Positions 19,302-28,914 of a DNA stretch of 64,000 nt are shown piece after piece. Made by a program: the position numbers and the translations under genes. Source of the stretch: an uncultured bacterium (GTDB lineage: Bacteria; Patescibacteriota; Minisyncoccia; Minisyncoccales; Staskawiczbacteraceae); NCBI GenBank assembly GCA_963835045.1, contig CAWIDW010000003.1, positions 31,928 through 95,927 on the forward strand, given 5' to 3'. The number at the start of each line of letters is the position of its first letter. The stretch's first letter is position 1. Under the pieces are notes generated by a model, which saw only the letters and a program-made list of their open reading frames with translations, made no database searches and was not told where the DNA came from.

Positions 19302-19311
19302 TCACTCCTAA

Positions 19312-19821
19312 ATGACCAGTGATCCTAAAGAACAATTTAGCCTTATTTATGACCAATATATTGATAAAATATATCGGTTTGTGTATCTGAAGGTTAATTC
19401 TGAAGAAATGGCTCAAGATATCACTTCCGCAGTATTTTTGCATGGTTTTAAAGCCTATCAAAAGGGTCAAGACATAAAAAATCCCGGCGCATTCTTGTAT
19501 AAAATCGCCAGTAACATGGTCACGGATTATTATAGGAAAAAGGGCAAGGAAAAAACTGTTTCAATCGAACACGTAGGCCAAATTGCCGATAAAGAATCTA
19601 CGATTTACGAGAAGGCGATTGTCAATGCTGATATTTTAGAGATAAAGTCGGCTATTTTGAGCTTAAAAAAGGATTATCAGGACATTCTCATTTGGTATTA
19701 TCTGGAAGATATGAGTGCCGACGAGATCGCCCAGTTAATCCACAAGCCTGCCGGAACCGTAAGGGTAATGATTCATCGGGGATTGGAGTCCCTAAAGCAG
19801 ATATTTAAGGATAAGGCTTAG
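19312..19821 (+). CDS. ECF-type RNA polymerase sigma factor (sigma-70 family)
   Basis: Region 2 (IYRFVYLKV...AQDITSAVFL) and region 4 HTH (MSADEIAQLIHKPAGTVRVMIHRGLESLK). 169 aa. Confidence 0.85.
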   Translation: MTSDPKEQFSLIYDQYIDKIYRFVYLKVNSEEMAQDITSAVFLHGFKAYQKGQDIKNPGAFLYKIASNMVTDYYRKKGKEKTVSIEHVGQIADKESTIYEKAIVNADILEIKSAILSLKKDYQDILIWYYLEDMSADEIAQLIHKPAGTVRVMIHRGLESLKQIFKDKA

Positions 19822-19883
19822 TGATATTTCCTTGATTTGTAACAAAAGCAGCTCTTTTGCGTCGTAGTATTATAAGCAACTTT

Positions 19884-20645
19884 ATGATGACCCAGCAAGA
19901 ACTCATTGCAAAACTCCAGGAATTGAAGCAAATTAAACCCAAGCAAGAATGGGTTGCTTTGTCTAAAATGAGTATTTTAAATTCAGATTTGGCAGCCGTT
20001 AAGCCGCTAAAAAAAGCAAGATTTTCTAGTATCTTCAGTAACTTTAGTCCATCAAATTATCGCTCCGGATTAGTATATTCGCTGGCTGCCTTTTTGCTAT
20101 TATTTGCCGGCATAGCAGGTGTTTTAACTTATGGCTTCCCGAGCCTTAATATTGGCACGAGTGTTGCCAAACAATCTACCAATGAAATTCTTGCAGAAAA
20201 TACCTTAAAAAGTAATGTTGAGGTTTTTAAAGCAAAGTCCGAAGATTTAACCCAGGCAATGGAACTTAAGTCCTCAAACATTCCTGTCGCTATCAAAGAA
20301 GCAAAGGATGCTACGAAGAATTTAACTGATGCTATAGAAAAAAATCCAGAGCTGGCAGGAACGGTGGCCTTGGAAGTCAATAATGATAAAACTTTGTTAG
20401 ACGTCCAAGCGGGAAGTGCTTCTCCAGATGTGACTGACCTGCAAAACAGTACCGATGAATTGGAAGGAGCTGTCGTTGGCCCGTTAATTAAAGACGAAGA
20501 GAAAATCAGTTTGACGCCAGATGAAGAAACAGCCTTTAAAGCTGCGCAGGCCGAATACAATAAAGGCGATAATGGTGATGCGTTAAGGGATATGCTGTTG
20601 TTACAGAAATCTTCAGACAATACCACGGACGGTCCAAGTAGGTAG
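19884..20645 (+). CDS. single-pass membrane protein, possible anti-sigma factor (positional inference only)
   Basis: First ATG of the TTG-initiated ORF 19857..20645. One TM helix (LVYSLAAFLLLFAGIAGVLTYGF). Lies immediately downstream of the ECF sigma gene. Confidence 0.45.
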   Translation: MMTQQELIAKLQELKQIKPKQEWVALSKMSILNSDLAAVKPLKKARFSSIFSNFSPSNYRSGLVYSLAAFLLLFAGIAGVLTYGFPSLNIGTSVAKQSTNEILAENTLKSNVEVFKAKSEDLTQAMELKSSNIPVAIKEAKDATKNLTDAIEKNPELAGTVALEVNNDKTLLDVQAGSASPDVTDLQNSTDELEGAVVGPLIKDEEKISLTPDEETAFKAAQAEYNKGDNGDALRDMLLLQKSSDNTTDGPSR

Positions 20646-20684
20646 GACATTTTAATTTAATATCAGACGAGTCGCAGAAATTCG

Positions 20685-20714
20685 TTGTTAATACGTAAAA
20701 CTGCGAGTTATAAT
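20685..20714 (+). promoter_or_regulatory. candidate promoter of the large surface-protein gene
   Basis: TTGTTA-N18-TATAAT. Confidence 0.45.
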
Positions 20715-20717
20715 TCC

Positions 20718-20762
20718 CTCATGGTACTTATCTTTCGATATAAAGAAGATAAGTACCATGAG
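20718..20762 (+). promoter_or_regulatory. 17-bp perfect stem-loop at the predicted 5' end of the surface-protein mRNA
   Basis: ctcatggtacttatctt (20718-20734) pairs with aagataagtaccatgag (20746-20762). It starts a few nt after the candidate -10 box and about 95 nt before the ATG. Confidence 0.6.
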
Positions 20763-20857
20763 AGACAATAAGGTCGACGCGACGAGAAATAAAAGTCAAA
20801 ACAATTAATTGTCTTGTATTACTCAGTAATTCAAGACAAACAAAAAATACAAAAAAA

Positions 20858-23800
20858 ATGAATATTAAACAAACAATTATAACAGCCACCGTTGCTTTAA
20901 CGATGGTTGCCATGATTGCTCCTATGACCGTTGGCGCAACCACGATTTCAGATTTGCAAGCCCAGATTAGTGCTTTGATGGCTCAGTTGAATTCTATGCA
21001 AGGTTCAACTTCCACAACAACCACTTCTGGCAGTTTGCCTGCTGATTGCGTTGGCGTCACTTTCTCAAGAAACTTAAAAGTTGGTATGTCAGGTCAAGAC
21101 GTGAAATGTTTGCAAGTAGTCTTGAATATGTCAGCTTCAACTCAAGTTTCAGTATCAGGAGCAGGTTCACCTGGCATGGAATCAATGTACTTTGGTCCAA
21201 AAACCTTGGCTGCAGTGATGAAGTGGCAGGCACAACAGGGATGGACACCTGCAAGCCAGGTAGGTCCTCTTTCACGAGCTAAATTAAATGCATGGTTAGC
21301 TGGTACTTCAAGTACAACTACTACCACAACTACAACCACAGGAGGTCTTCCTGCCGGATGTACATCATCAGTAGGATTTAGTGCAACAACTGGTGTTTCT
21401 TGTGCGACAGGTACTACCGTAGTATCAACAGGTCCCGTAAACGTTATGCTTTCATCGGATAACCCTGTAGCTAATTCTATTGTGGGAGGCCAAGCAACAG
21501 CTGATTTGTTGCACATGACCTTTACAGGAACTGGAGTTGTTACTTCGGTAACATTGCAACGTTCCGGTATTTCTGATCAAAACACGCTTTCAAACGTGTA
21601 TTTGTATGAAGGAAATACTCGTATTACTGATGGATACTCCTTCAATATTAGTGGTCAGATCGTTATTAACGGTTTGAGTATTAATGTAGCTGGTTCTCAA
21701 GAAATTTCAGTGCGAGGTGATGTTTCAACAAACGCACCTAACAACGCTTCTACCATCGCTGTTTCTTTGACCAGTTACACTGCTAACGGTACAACCGTAA
21801 GCGCGAATGTAACCGGGAATACCATGGCAATTGTGAACGGAAACTTGGCAAGTGCTACGATTGGCACCCAAACTGATCCATCGACTGCAAGTGTCAACGC
21901 TGGCACAACTCAATACAGTTTGTGGTCAGCTCCAGTACAGGTTAATGTCAGATCAGTATTATTAAAGGCAGCAAACTTCCGAGAAATCGGTTCTGCTCCT
22001 TCAAACTCTTTGGCAAACATGAATTTGTTTGTTGATGGTATCAATACTGGTGCAGTAGGAACCACATCGGTTATCAATGGTTCTACTTATGTCATGTTTG
22101 ATTTGACAGCATCTCCTGCTACCTTAGCTACCGGTTCACACACCCTTGAAGTTCGAGCCGATATTATCGCCGGTTCAGGCAGGACTATTCAATTGTCAGT
22201 ACAGCAAGCTGCTGATTTGATGATTGAAGACCCACAAATTGGCGTTAATGTCGCTGTGAGTGGAACTCCAAATGCTGGTGGAACCATCACTATTAACCCA
22301 GGTTCATCAACCGTTACTATTGATCCAACATTCAACGCTACAACCAATATCTCTGGCGGCGCCACAAACGCTGTTATCGGAGACTTTGATTTCTCCGGAT
22401 ATGGTGAAAATGTCAAGGTAAATGAACTTGAACTTACCCCAGTATTTACAGGACAAAGCACTACTTATGTAGCTGGAACCGTCACAGCGGCTGTTTCAGG
22501 AGTTACCATCCAAGTTGCTAGCACAGCTGGTTTCACTGCAGGTAATATCATTACCATCGCGGGCGTAACACAGGCTACAGCTACCGTTACTTCTATAACA
22601 GACAGTACTCACATGGTGGTTACAATCACTACCGTGGGTGCAACTCCTTCCGGAGCTGTTACCGTTGTTAACGAAGGATTAAACAATGTAACTTTGTACT
22701 TTAATGGTTCACAAATTGGTACCCAACAAAATTGGCCATCAACCGGAGGAGATTTAGTTTTCCAACTTGGATCTCAAATGATTATCCCAGCTGGACAAAC
22801 CAGTACTCTTCAGGTTCGCGCTGATTTGCAGTCAACTTCTGATGTAAGTTACACCGGAGGAACTGTTTCGGTAAACTTGAATGAATACGCAGGTACTGGA
22901 AACAACGCCCAGGGACAAACTTCCCAGACAACCGTTAGTGTTCCAATAACCGATGTTCCTGGTCATCAAGTGACCTTGCAATCTGGATTATTGGCTGTAT
23001 CAAAAAATACCGCCTACTTAAACCAGGCTGTTACTCCTAATACTTCCGGAGTGCAAATTGGTTCATATATTTTACAAAACCAAAGCACATCTGAATCTAT
23101 TAGACTAACATCATATAAGTTTGTTACCTACGCAGATACCAGCATGACACCTTCGACACAAGGTTCTGTTATTAACGGTATCAATGACCTTTCAGGATTT
23201 AGAACATCAGATACTACTGGATCGGGTTCAACTCCTATTCAGCCTAACGGTACCAGTGATGTCTTCTCTATTAATGACACCTTGGCTCCTGGAGCTTCGA
23301 TGGTGCTGAATGTATTTGCTAATACCGGTTCATCAACCACGATCTACGTTCAAACAAATTTGACCGTAGCATCTATTGGTGTAACTGATAATATTGCAAC
23401 CACCAGCTCACAAGTTGCGGGTCAGATCATGTCATTAAGCAACGGTCAAGTTACTAACCCACCGACCATTGTGCCATCGGCAACGACTCAATCTCAGTAT
23501 ATTTCAGCTGCAGGTGGAGCTTCTAATGCCAGTCAAGCAGAGTTTAACTTTGCTGCAACTGGTGGAACGGCAACCATCACTGAATTGAAATTTACGGTTT
23601 CTGATTCTACAGCAACCGGTTACAATTCTGTTACTAGCATCTGTGTTACTCCAAATACTGGCGCGCCAATTTGTCAGCAACCAGTTTCGGGTACAGCGGA
23701 TATTACAGGATTGAGCTTGATGGTTCCAAATGGAAGCGGAGGATTGTATCAACCTATTTCAGTTTCGTACACCAATACGAGCGCTACGACTGGAGCTCCT

Positions 23801-24478
23801 TCTGGAACAGTCTCGCGCGTTTCTCTGAGTTACGTTAAGTACACATCGGGTGGCACAATGGCATCCTTCTCGCCTACGCCTACGCCGGTTAATGCTTACA
23901 ACCTGACACTAGTTGGTTCTCAACCAATTGTTACTCTTGCGGGAGTTCCAAACCCAACCACCCAGAAACTTTCTGCTGGAACTCAAGCAGTTGCCTATGT
24001 AACAGTTCAGGCAGCTAGTAATGGTCCTGTTAATATTAATTCGCTTGCCTTCACCTTTACTGGCAATGCCGCAGGAACTCACATCAGTCCATCAACAGCT
24101 TTTGTTATCAAAGACCAAAGCGGAAGTACCATCAATAATTTTGTAGTGGGAGATGGATCGACTAATGGAGGAGCAGCAGTTACCGGAAACGGAAGCGCCG
24201 CTGCGACAGCTGTTGCAATCTTCACGGGTGGTTATCCAATTCAAGCTGGCAAATCAGTAACATTTGAGGTTGATGTTAATGTCAGCGCCTTGGCTGGATC
24301 AAACTCGGGAGACTCTGTAGCAGTAGGATTAGTTCGTGCCAATACCGGAACCCTTGGCGGAAATTCCGTCAACGGATTCGCTTGGACAGATACTGCTGGA
24401 GGCGGAGCGACGGCGGCTCAAACTGGTACTTTGATTACCGGTTTCCCAACCAACACCGTTTCTATTACTACTAACTAG
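20858..24478 (+). CDS. 1206-aa secreted/cell-surface protein with N-terminal anchor, peptidoglycan-binding domain and T/S/G/N/V-rich beta-type repeats
   Basis: Signal/TM segment, then a short coiled coil. A PG_binding_1-like segment (LKVGMSGQDVKCLQVVLN...GPKTLAAVMKWQAQQG), a poly-Thr linker, and about 1000 aa of low-complexity beta-rich sequence. Confidence 0.75.
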   Translation: MNIKQTIITATVALTMVAMIAPMTVGATTISDLQAQISALMAQLNSMQGSTSTTTTSGSLPADCVGVTFSRNLKVGMSGQDVKCLQVVLNMSASTQVSVSGAGSPGMESMYFGPKTLAAVMKWQAQQGWTPASQVGPLSRAKLNAWLAGTSSTTTTTTTTTGGLPAGCTSSVGFSATTGVSCATGTTVVSTGPVNVMLSSDNPVANSIVGGQATADLLHMTFTGTGVVTSVTLQRSGISDQNTLSNVYLYEGNTRITDGYSFNISGQIVINGLSINVAGSQEISVRGDVSTNAPNNASTIAVSLTSYTANGTTVSANVTGNTMAIVNGNLASATIGTQTDPSTASVNAGTTQYSLWSAPVQVNVRSVLLKAANFREIGSAPSNSLANMNLFVDGINTGAVGTTSVINGSTYVMFDLTASPATLATGSHTLEVRADIIAGSGRTIQLSVQQAADLMIEDPQIGVNVAVSGTPNAGGTITINPGSSTVTIDPTFNATTNISGGATNAVIGDFDFSGYGENVKVNELELTPVFTGQSTTYVAGTVTAAVSGVTIQVASTAGFTAGNIITIAGVTQATATVTSITDSTHMVVTITTVGATPSGAVTVVNEGLNNVTLYFNGSQIGTQQNWPSTGGDLVFQLGSQMIIPAGQTSTLQVRADLQSTSDVSYTGGTVSVNLNEYAGTGNNAQGQTSQTTVSVPITDVPGHQVTLQSGLLAVSKNTAYLNQAVTPNTSGVQIGSYILQNQSTSESIRLTSYKFVTYADTSMTPSTQGSVINGINDLSGFRTSDTTGSGSTPIQPNGTSDVFSINDTLAPGASMVLNVFANTGSSTTIYVQTNLTVASIGVTDNIATTSSQVAGQIMSLSNGQVTNPPTIVPSATTQSQYISAAGGASNASQAEFNFAATGGTATITELKFTVSDSTATGYNSVTSICVTPNTGAPICQQPVSGTADITGLSLMVPNGSGGLYQPISVSYTNTSATTGAPSGTVSRVSLSYVKYTSGGTMASFSPTPTPVNAYNLTLVGSQPIVTLAGVPNPTTQKLSAGTQAVAYVTVQAASNGPVNINSLAFTFTGNAAGTHISPSTAFVIKDQSGSTINNFVVGDGSTNGGAAVTGNGSAAATAVAIFTGGYPIQAGKSVTFEVDVNVSALAGSNSGDSVAVGLVRANTGTLGGNSVNGFAWTDTAGGGATAAQTGTLITGFPTNTVSITTN

Positions 24479-24531
24479 TTTTTAGTGGTAAGCAGAATTA
24501 GCACTTGTTACTCTGACAAGGCAACGCTAAT

Positions 24532-24564
24532 AAAAAAAGACCCCCAATTTGGGGGTCTTTTTTT
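24532..24564 (+). terminator. rho-independent terminator
   Basis: AAAAAAAGACCCCC(aattt)GGGGGTCTTTTTTT. Confidence 0.9.
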
Positions 24565-24611
24565 ATTAGCACCAATGTGGTATGTAAAATATGTATGTAA
24601 TTACATAGGTT

Positions 24612-25634
24612 ATGAATTATAAAAAATGGTTACTGGGTGCGATTGTCGGTTTAATGCTCCTTGGACTCGGCACAGGTGTGGGTTATTTTCTTGGCCTGCA
24701 TTATGAACAGGGTATTTTAGTGAGCGATTTAAATTTAATCCATCCTTTGCGAAACCATGATTCAAGTTATCAGTTCATCTCGCCATTGCTGGCGTACGTG
24801 GTTCCCAGCGACGACCAGCAAAATGCCCTGGCCGGATTAAAAAATAGTATTTCAACTTTTATTGATTCGCAAAAAAATAGCGGCTCGCTTTCCGACGCTT
24901 CGGTATATTTTTACGATCTTAACCTTGGTCGCTGGATAGGAATTAATGAAAACGAAAAGTATAATCCAGCCAGTATGCTTAAAGTGGTGATTATGGTGTC
25001 GTATTTTAAAGAAGCAGAAACGAATCCGACTATTTTGCAACAAAATCTTACCTACACCGGCGCCGTTAATGCGTCAATCCAAGAAGACGCTTTCAATGCC
25101 ACCTCAAATTTGCAAATTGGCCAGAGTTATTCGGTTGAAGATTTGGTTGAGAAAATGATTATTGATTCTGATAACGGAGCGGAGGTGTTGCTGTTTGACA
25201 ACATTGACCAAAATAATTTGGATGCGGTTTACAATGCTCTTAATATTGCAAATCCCGATACGGTCAGCGGAACGTTTACTATTTCGCCCAGAACCTATTC
25301 GCTCTTTTTTAGAATTCTGTATTCGGCTACCTATCTTAATGATGATATGTCGGAAAAGGCATTGTCAATTCTTTCGCAAGCCACTTTTAAAGATGGCCTG
25401 GTGGCGGGGCTGCCCAGCAAATTAGTGGTGGCTCATAAGTTTGGGGAGTATGTTGTAACCAACAGCAGCAATCAAATGCAGGGAGTTGAATTACATGATT
25501 GCGGAATTGTCTATTATCCTACCAATCCTTACTTTCTGTGTGTCATGACCAAGGGAAGCAATTTGCCTCAACTGGAAAACACCATAAAAAATATTTCCTC
25601 GCTAGTGTATAATGATTATTCTAATCTCCGCTGA
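24612..25634 (+). CDS. membrane-anchored serine hydrolase, class A beta-lactamase fold
   Basis: N-terminal TM helix. SxxK (ASMLK), SDN (IDSDNG) and a KTG-like HKFG motif in the correct order. Confidence 0.65.
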   Translation: MNYKKWLLGAIVGLMLLGLGTGVGYFLGLHYEQGILVSDLNLIHPLRNHDSSYQFISPLLAYVVPSDDQQNALAGLKNSISTFIDSQKNSGSLSDASVYFYDLNLGRWIGINENEKYNPASMLKVVIMVSYFKEAETNPTILQQNLTYTGAVNASIQEDAFNATSNLQIGQSYSVEDLVEKMIIDSDNGAEVLLFDNIDQNNLDAVYNALNIANPDTVSGTFTISPRTYSLFFRILYSATYLNDDMSEKALSILSQATFKDGLVAGLPSKLVVAHKFGEYVVTNSSNQMQGVELHDCGIVYYPTNPYFLCVMTKGSNLPQLENTIKNISSLVYNDYSNLR

Positions 25635-25669
25635 AAAGGCGCTGATAATTACGCTGAATTAACGCTGAT
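25629..25669. repeat. left inverted repeat flanking the GxxExxY gene (CGCTGA-word rich)
   Basis: cgctgaaaaggcgctgataattacgctgaattaacgctgat. Its core CGCTGATAATTACGCTGA is identical to the reverse complement of the right copy. Confidence 0.8.
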
Positions 25670-26066
25670 GTTTATCTCTGGCAGTATCGTAGACAATTCT
25701 TTGGATGGTTAATTTTTCTGGTCCAAAGTTAATAAGAAAGCCAAGCTTGTAGCGGGCTCCTTTCAGGTATTTCCAAAATTGGTCGATGTCTTGCTTTGTT
25801 ATAAATGGTTTTGCTTTTAATTCAACAATAATGCAATTGTTTACAATTTTATCTGGAACATAGGTACCAACTTTTTCCCCTTCAAAATAGATGTCGATTC
25901 TTTTTTGATCTTCAACAGCGAGTCCTCTCTTTTCTAGAGCCTTTGTGAGCGCCCTGTCAATAATTTTTTCTTTAAAGGCTCCGCCAAAACTTTTCCAGAC
26001 ATCAAAACAAGCGCCTCGAATTTCATAAGATTCTTTTTCATAGAAAAAATCATTTACCTTGTTCAT
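25659..26066 (-). CDS. GxxExxY-family protein (PD-(D/E)XK nuclease superfamily)
   Basis: 135 aa. The YEIRGACFDV..., EKRGLAVEDQKRIDIYFEGEKVGTYVPDKIV, IIVELKA and GFLINFG pattern is typical of this family. Confidence 0.8.
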   Translation of the reverse strand: MNKVNDFFYEKESYEIRGACFDVWKSFGGAFKEKIIDRALTKALEKRGLAVEDQKRIDIYFEGEKVGTYVPDKIVNNCIIVELKAKPFITKQDIDQFWKYLKGARYKLGFLINFGPEKLTIQRIVYDTARDKHQR

Positions 26067-26109
26067 ATCAGCGTTTTAATCAGCGTAATTATCAGCGGTT
26101 ATTTCAGCG
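26067..26109. repeat. right inverted repeat flanking the GxxExxY gene
   Basis: atcagcgttttaatcagcgtaattatcagcggttatttcagcg. Its reverse complement aligns with 25629-25669 apart from a few indels and mismatches. Confidence 0.8.
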
Positions 26110-26114
26110 GATTG

Positions 26115-28394
26115 TTAATTCTGCGGAAGAGTCTCAAGGAAAGCGTCCACGTTTGGTTTTGATTGCGGCGAAAGTTGCAGGACTTTGAGGGCTTCTTGGC
26201 GCGCCAAGCTGTATTGGCCAAGTTCTTTGTAAAAAAAGGCCAGTGATGAATAATATTGGGCTACATTTGGGTTTTGGGAAATTAACTGTTGGTAGACAGA
26301 TGCCAAATCCGTAAAATCCGGTATGCTTTGATAAGCATCAGATAATTGATTTAAGCTTACCAAGGATTGAGTGCTGTAACCCTTGCTGTTGGCAAGCTCC
26401 ATATTAGCTTTGGCATCACTGGTGTCTTTAAGGTATATTTGCGATAGCGCCAATTGCCAGTAGCAATCCGGTAAGTTGTTGTCTAGGGCAATGCATTGGT
26501 GTGCGTATTGCTCCATGGCCGGATAATTGGCTAAAACCATTTGGCGGTGGGCTTGTTCAACCAGAATTTCGGGGTGTTTTGGAGCTAGTTGCGACGCTTG
26601 GGCTAAGTCATAGCTTGCTTGATTGAGGAAGTTTTGCTTGTTGGCGGGATTTTGCTCTGCCGCGGCCAGTGTGTCGTTGGTGTTAGCCAGGTAAATCCAG
26701 TAGCGGGTGTAAAGAGGCTGAATTTTTACTGCTTGATTGATTAAGGGCAGTCCTTGCTGGAAATATTCCAAGGTATTTTGCGGATAAAACTGGGCGCAGG
26801 TTTTGGTGACTTCAACATATTCAAGTCGGGCGTAAGAATCTAAAAAACTATGCTCCTTGAGTATGTTATTCATCATGCTAAGGGCTTGGTCGCATTGTCC
26901 GACGTTAGCCAGATTTTGAGCGTTATTTATTTGCGCATTAATTTGAAGCGGCACCAGATTGTATTGCCACAAAAATATAACCAGGGCGCAAAAAAGGATT
27001 GCCACGGCGGCAAATGTTAAGGGCATATTTTTTTGGAATTGGCTTTTTGGTTCTTTGATTTGGTTGTCGTAGATTAAAAACATGGCGTAGCCAATTAATA
27101 AAAAGAATAGTAGGTAACTGGAGAACCCGTCAAAACTAAAAAGATTGGCAATAAAGTAAGCCAGCAGTGTCGCTTGAATGGCCCGCGGCACAATGTGATT
27201 TTGATTGTTGTCATTGTCGCGATACTTTTTTTCCAGCTGCCAGAAGATTGTTATTAACAGTCCAAGGTAGGCAATTAATCCTATTACGCCCGCGTCGCTG
27301 ATGGTTTGCATGACAATATTGTGGGCCCGGTCCCACCAGTCAATGTCTCCCCCTAAGTAGCGTATAGATGGGTCGTAATATTTGTCAAAGCCCACGGAAA
27401 AATTTTCCGGGCCAAAGCCAAGCAAGGGTTTAGCTTCTGCGATACCAAGCTCAATGTGCCAGGCGGCAAAACGAGGGTCTTGCAGGAAACTTTTTAACGA
27501 AAGCCGCGAGAGCACCAACGTGGCAAAGTGATTACTACGCACGAACGTCGGGTACTTGGGCGCGGTGTTGGCATACACAATCACGCAAAGCGCAAGCGCC
27601 AGTATGCCAATGACGGCTATTTTTACCGCCGGAATTTTGTTATGTTCTCCCGGGGCTGTTTGGTTTTTTTGTTTTGGATACCAAAAGAAAAAGTAAAGGA
27701 GTCCCATAAAAAGCCCAGCATAAACCGCCCGGGAGCCCGTTGCGGCTATCACCAAAAAAAATAATATTGCACAGGCGCCGTAGGATACTTTTTTCCAGAG
27801 CTTGGTCGCGCTAAGACAAAACGCCAGCGCGGGAATAAGGAGCAGTAAAAGATAGGCAGCCAGAAGGTCGGGGTTTCCCATGGTCGCCTCGGGCCTGGCC
27901 AGGCTCTGGGTGAAGATTCCATAGTATTGGGCTATGGCCACCAGGGAAACTCCGATGCCGGTACACAAAGAAACATCCCAGATTTTTCCCCAGTCATCTT
28001 TTTTTGCGAGCAAAAAAATTAAGATGGCAAACGCAATGTAGAAACCGAACGTGATAAATCCTCCGCCCCGATACGGGGAGCCCCAGAAGCTAAAGTAAGG
28101 GTCAACGGAAAAAATGCTGGCCAGAAGATAGGTAAAAAAAAGCGCGCCCAAAGCCCAGGCAATGTTATTTTTTTTCAAATCCGCCAAAGAGACTTGGTTT
28201 TTTTGATAAAAAATTTGCCAACAACAAACAAACAGCAAGATTGCCAGGATGCTTCTAAATGCGATCGTTTTTCCAAAGTCGGGCGGAAAAAAGTAAGGAG
28301 ATAACATTAAAATTGGCAATGCCAATATGATTAAAAATCCAATATGATAAAGCCAAGTAAGCTTATTTTTTCCCTGTTTGTCGTTGATTCTCAT
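26115..28394 (-). CDS. O-antigen ligase/polymerase-like (Wzy_C) membrane protein fused to C-terminal TPR repeats
   Basis: About 12 TM helices in the N-terminal 450 aa, with a large loop as in the Wzy_C family. The C-terminal 300 aa has TPR-like A/Y/L periodicity. Confidence 0.7.
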   Translation of the reverse strand: MRINDKQGKNKLTWLYHIGFLIILALPILMLSPYFFPPDFGKTIAFRSILAILLFVCCWQIFYQKNQVSLADLKKNNIAWALGALFFTYLLASIFSVDPYFSFWGSPYRGGGFITFGFYIAFAILIFLLAKKDDWGKIWDVSLCTGIGVSLVAIAQYYGIFTQSLARPEATMGNPDLLAAYLLLLLIPALAFCLSATKLWKKVSYGACAILFFLVIAATGSRAVYAGLFMGLLYFFFWYPKQKNQTAPGEHNKIPAVKIAVIGILALALCVIVYANTAPKYPTFVRSNHFATLVLSRLSLKSFLQDPRFAAWHIELGIAEAKPLLGFGPENFSVGFDKYYDPSIRYLGGDIDWWDRAHNIVMQTISDAGVIGLIAYLGLLITIFWQLEKKYRDNDNNQNHIVPRAIQATLLAYFIANLFSFDGFSSYLLFFLLIGYAMFLIYDNQIKEPKSQFQKNMPLTFAAVAILFCALVIFLWQYNLVPLQINAQINNAQNLANVGQCDQALSMMNNILKEHSFLDSYARLEYVEVTKTCAQFYPQNTLEYFQQGLPLINQAVKIQPLYTRYWIYLANTNDTLAAAEQNPANKQNFLNQASYDLAQASQLAPKHPEILVEQAHRQMVLANYPAMEQYAHQCIALDNNLPDCYWQLALSQIYLKDTSDAKANMELANSKGYSTQSLVSLNQLSDAYQSIPDFTDLASVYQQLISQNPNVAQYYSSLAFFYKELGQYSLARQEALKVLQLSPQSKPNVDAFLETLPQN

Positions 28395-28462
28395 GATATT
28401 TTATGTTAAAAACAATATACATTTATATTATCTGATCATACAAACTCTCTATCTAAAAAGCA

Positions 28463-28912
28463 ATGAAAATGGAGAAGATCGTAATTACATCCGGTTATTA
28501 TAATCCCCTCCACAAAGGCCATATCAATTTGATGCGCGAGGCTAAAGAATTGGGAGACTTTTTGGTGGTGATTGTCAATAACGATCAGCAAGTCACGTTG
28601 AAAGGAAGTGCCCACTTTATTGATGAGCGCGAGCGGATGGAAATTATTGCCTCGCTAAAATACGTTGACGATGTTTTTTTATCGGTTGACGAGGACTTGT
28701 CGGTTGCCAAGAGTTTAGAGTGTATTGCCAAGAAATATTCCGGACAAGAACTCTTTTTTGCCAAAGGTGGCGACAGAAACTCAAGCAACATACCACAACA
28801 AGAAAAACAGATTTGCAAGCAATGCAATATTAACATAGTCAACAATGTTGGTGGGCCGAAAGTCCAAAGTTCGTCGTGGCTGTTAAAGAATAAAGACAAG
28901 GTAACGAATTAA
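28463..28912 (+). CDS. cytidylyl/adenylyltransferase-family protein (RfaE domain II / TagD-like)
   Basis: ITSGYYNPLHKGHINLM carries the (T/H)xGH nucleotidyltransferase motif. 149 aa. Confidence 0.7.
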   Translation: MKMEKIVITSGYYNPLHKGHINLMREAKELGDFLVVIVNNDQQVTLKGSAHFIDERERMEIIASLKYVDDVFLSVDEDLSVAKSLECIAKKYSGQELFFAKGGDRNSSNIPQQEKQICKQCNINIVNNVGGPKVQSSSWLLKNKDKVTN

Positions 28913-28914
28913 CA

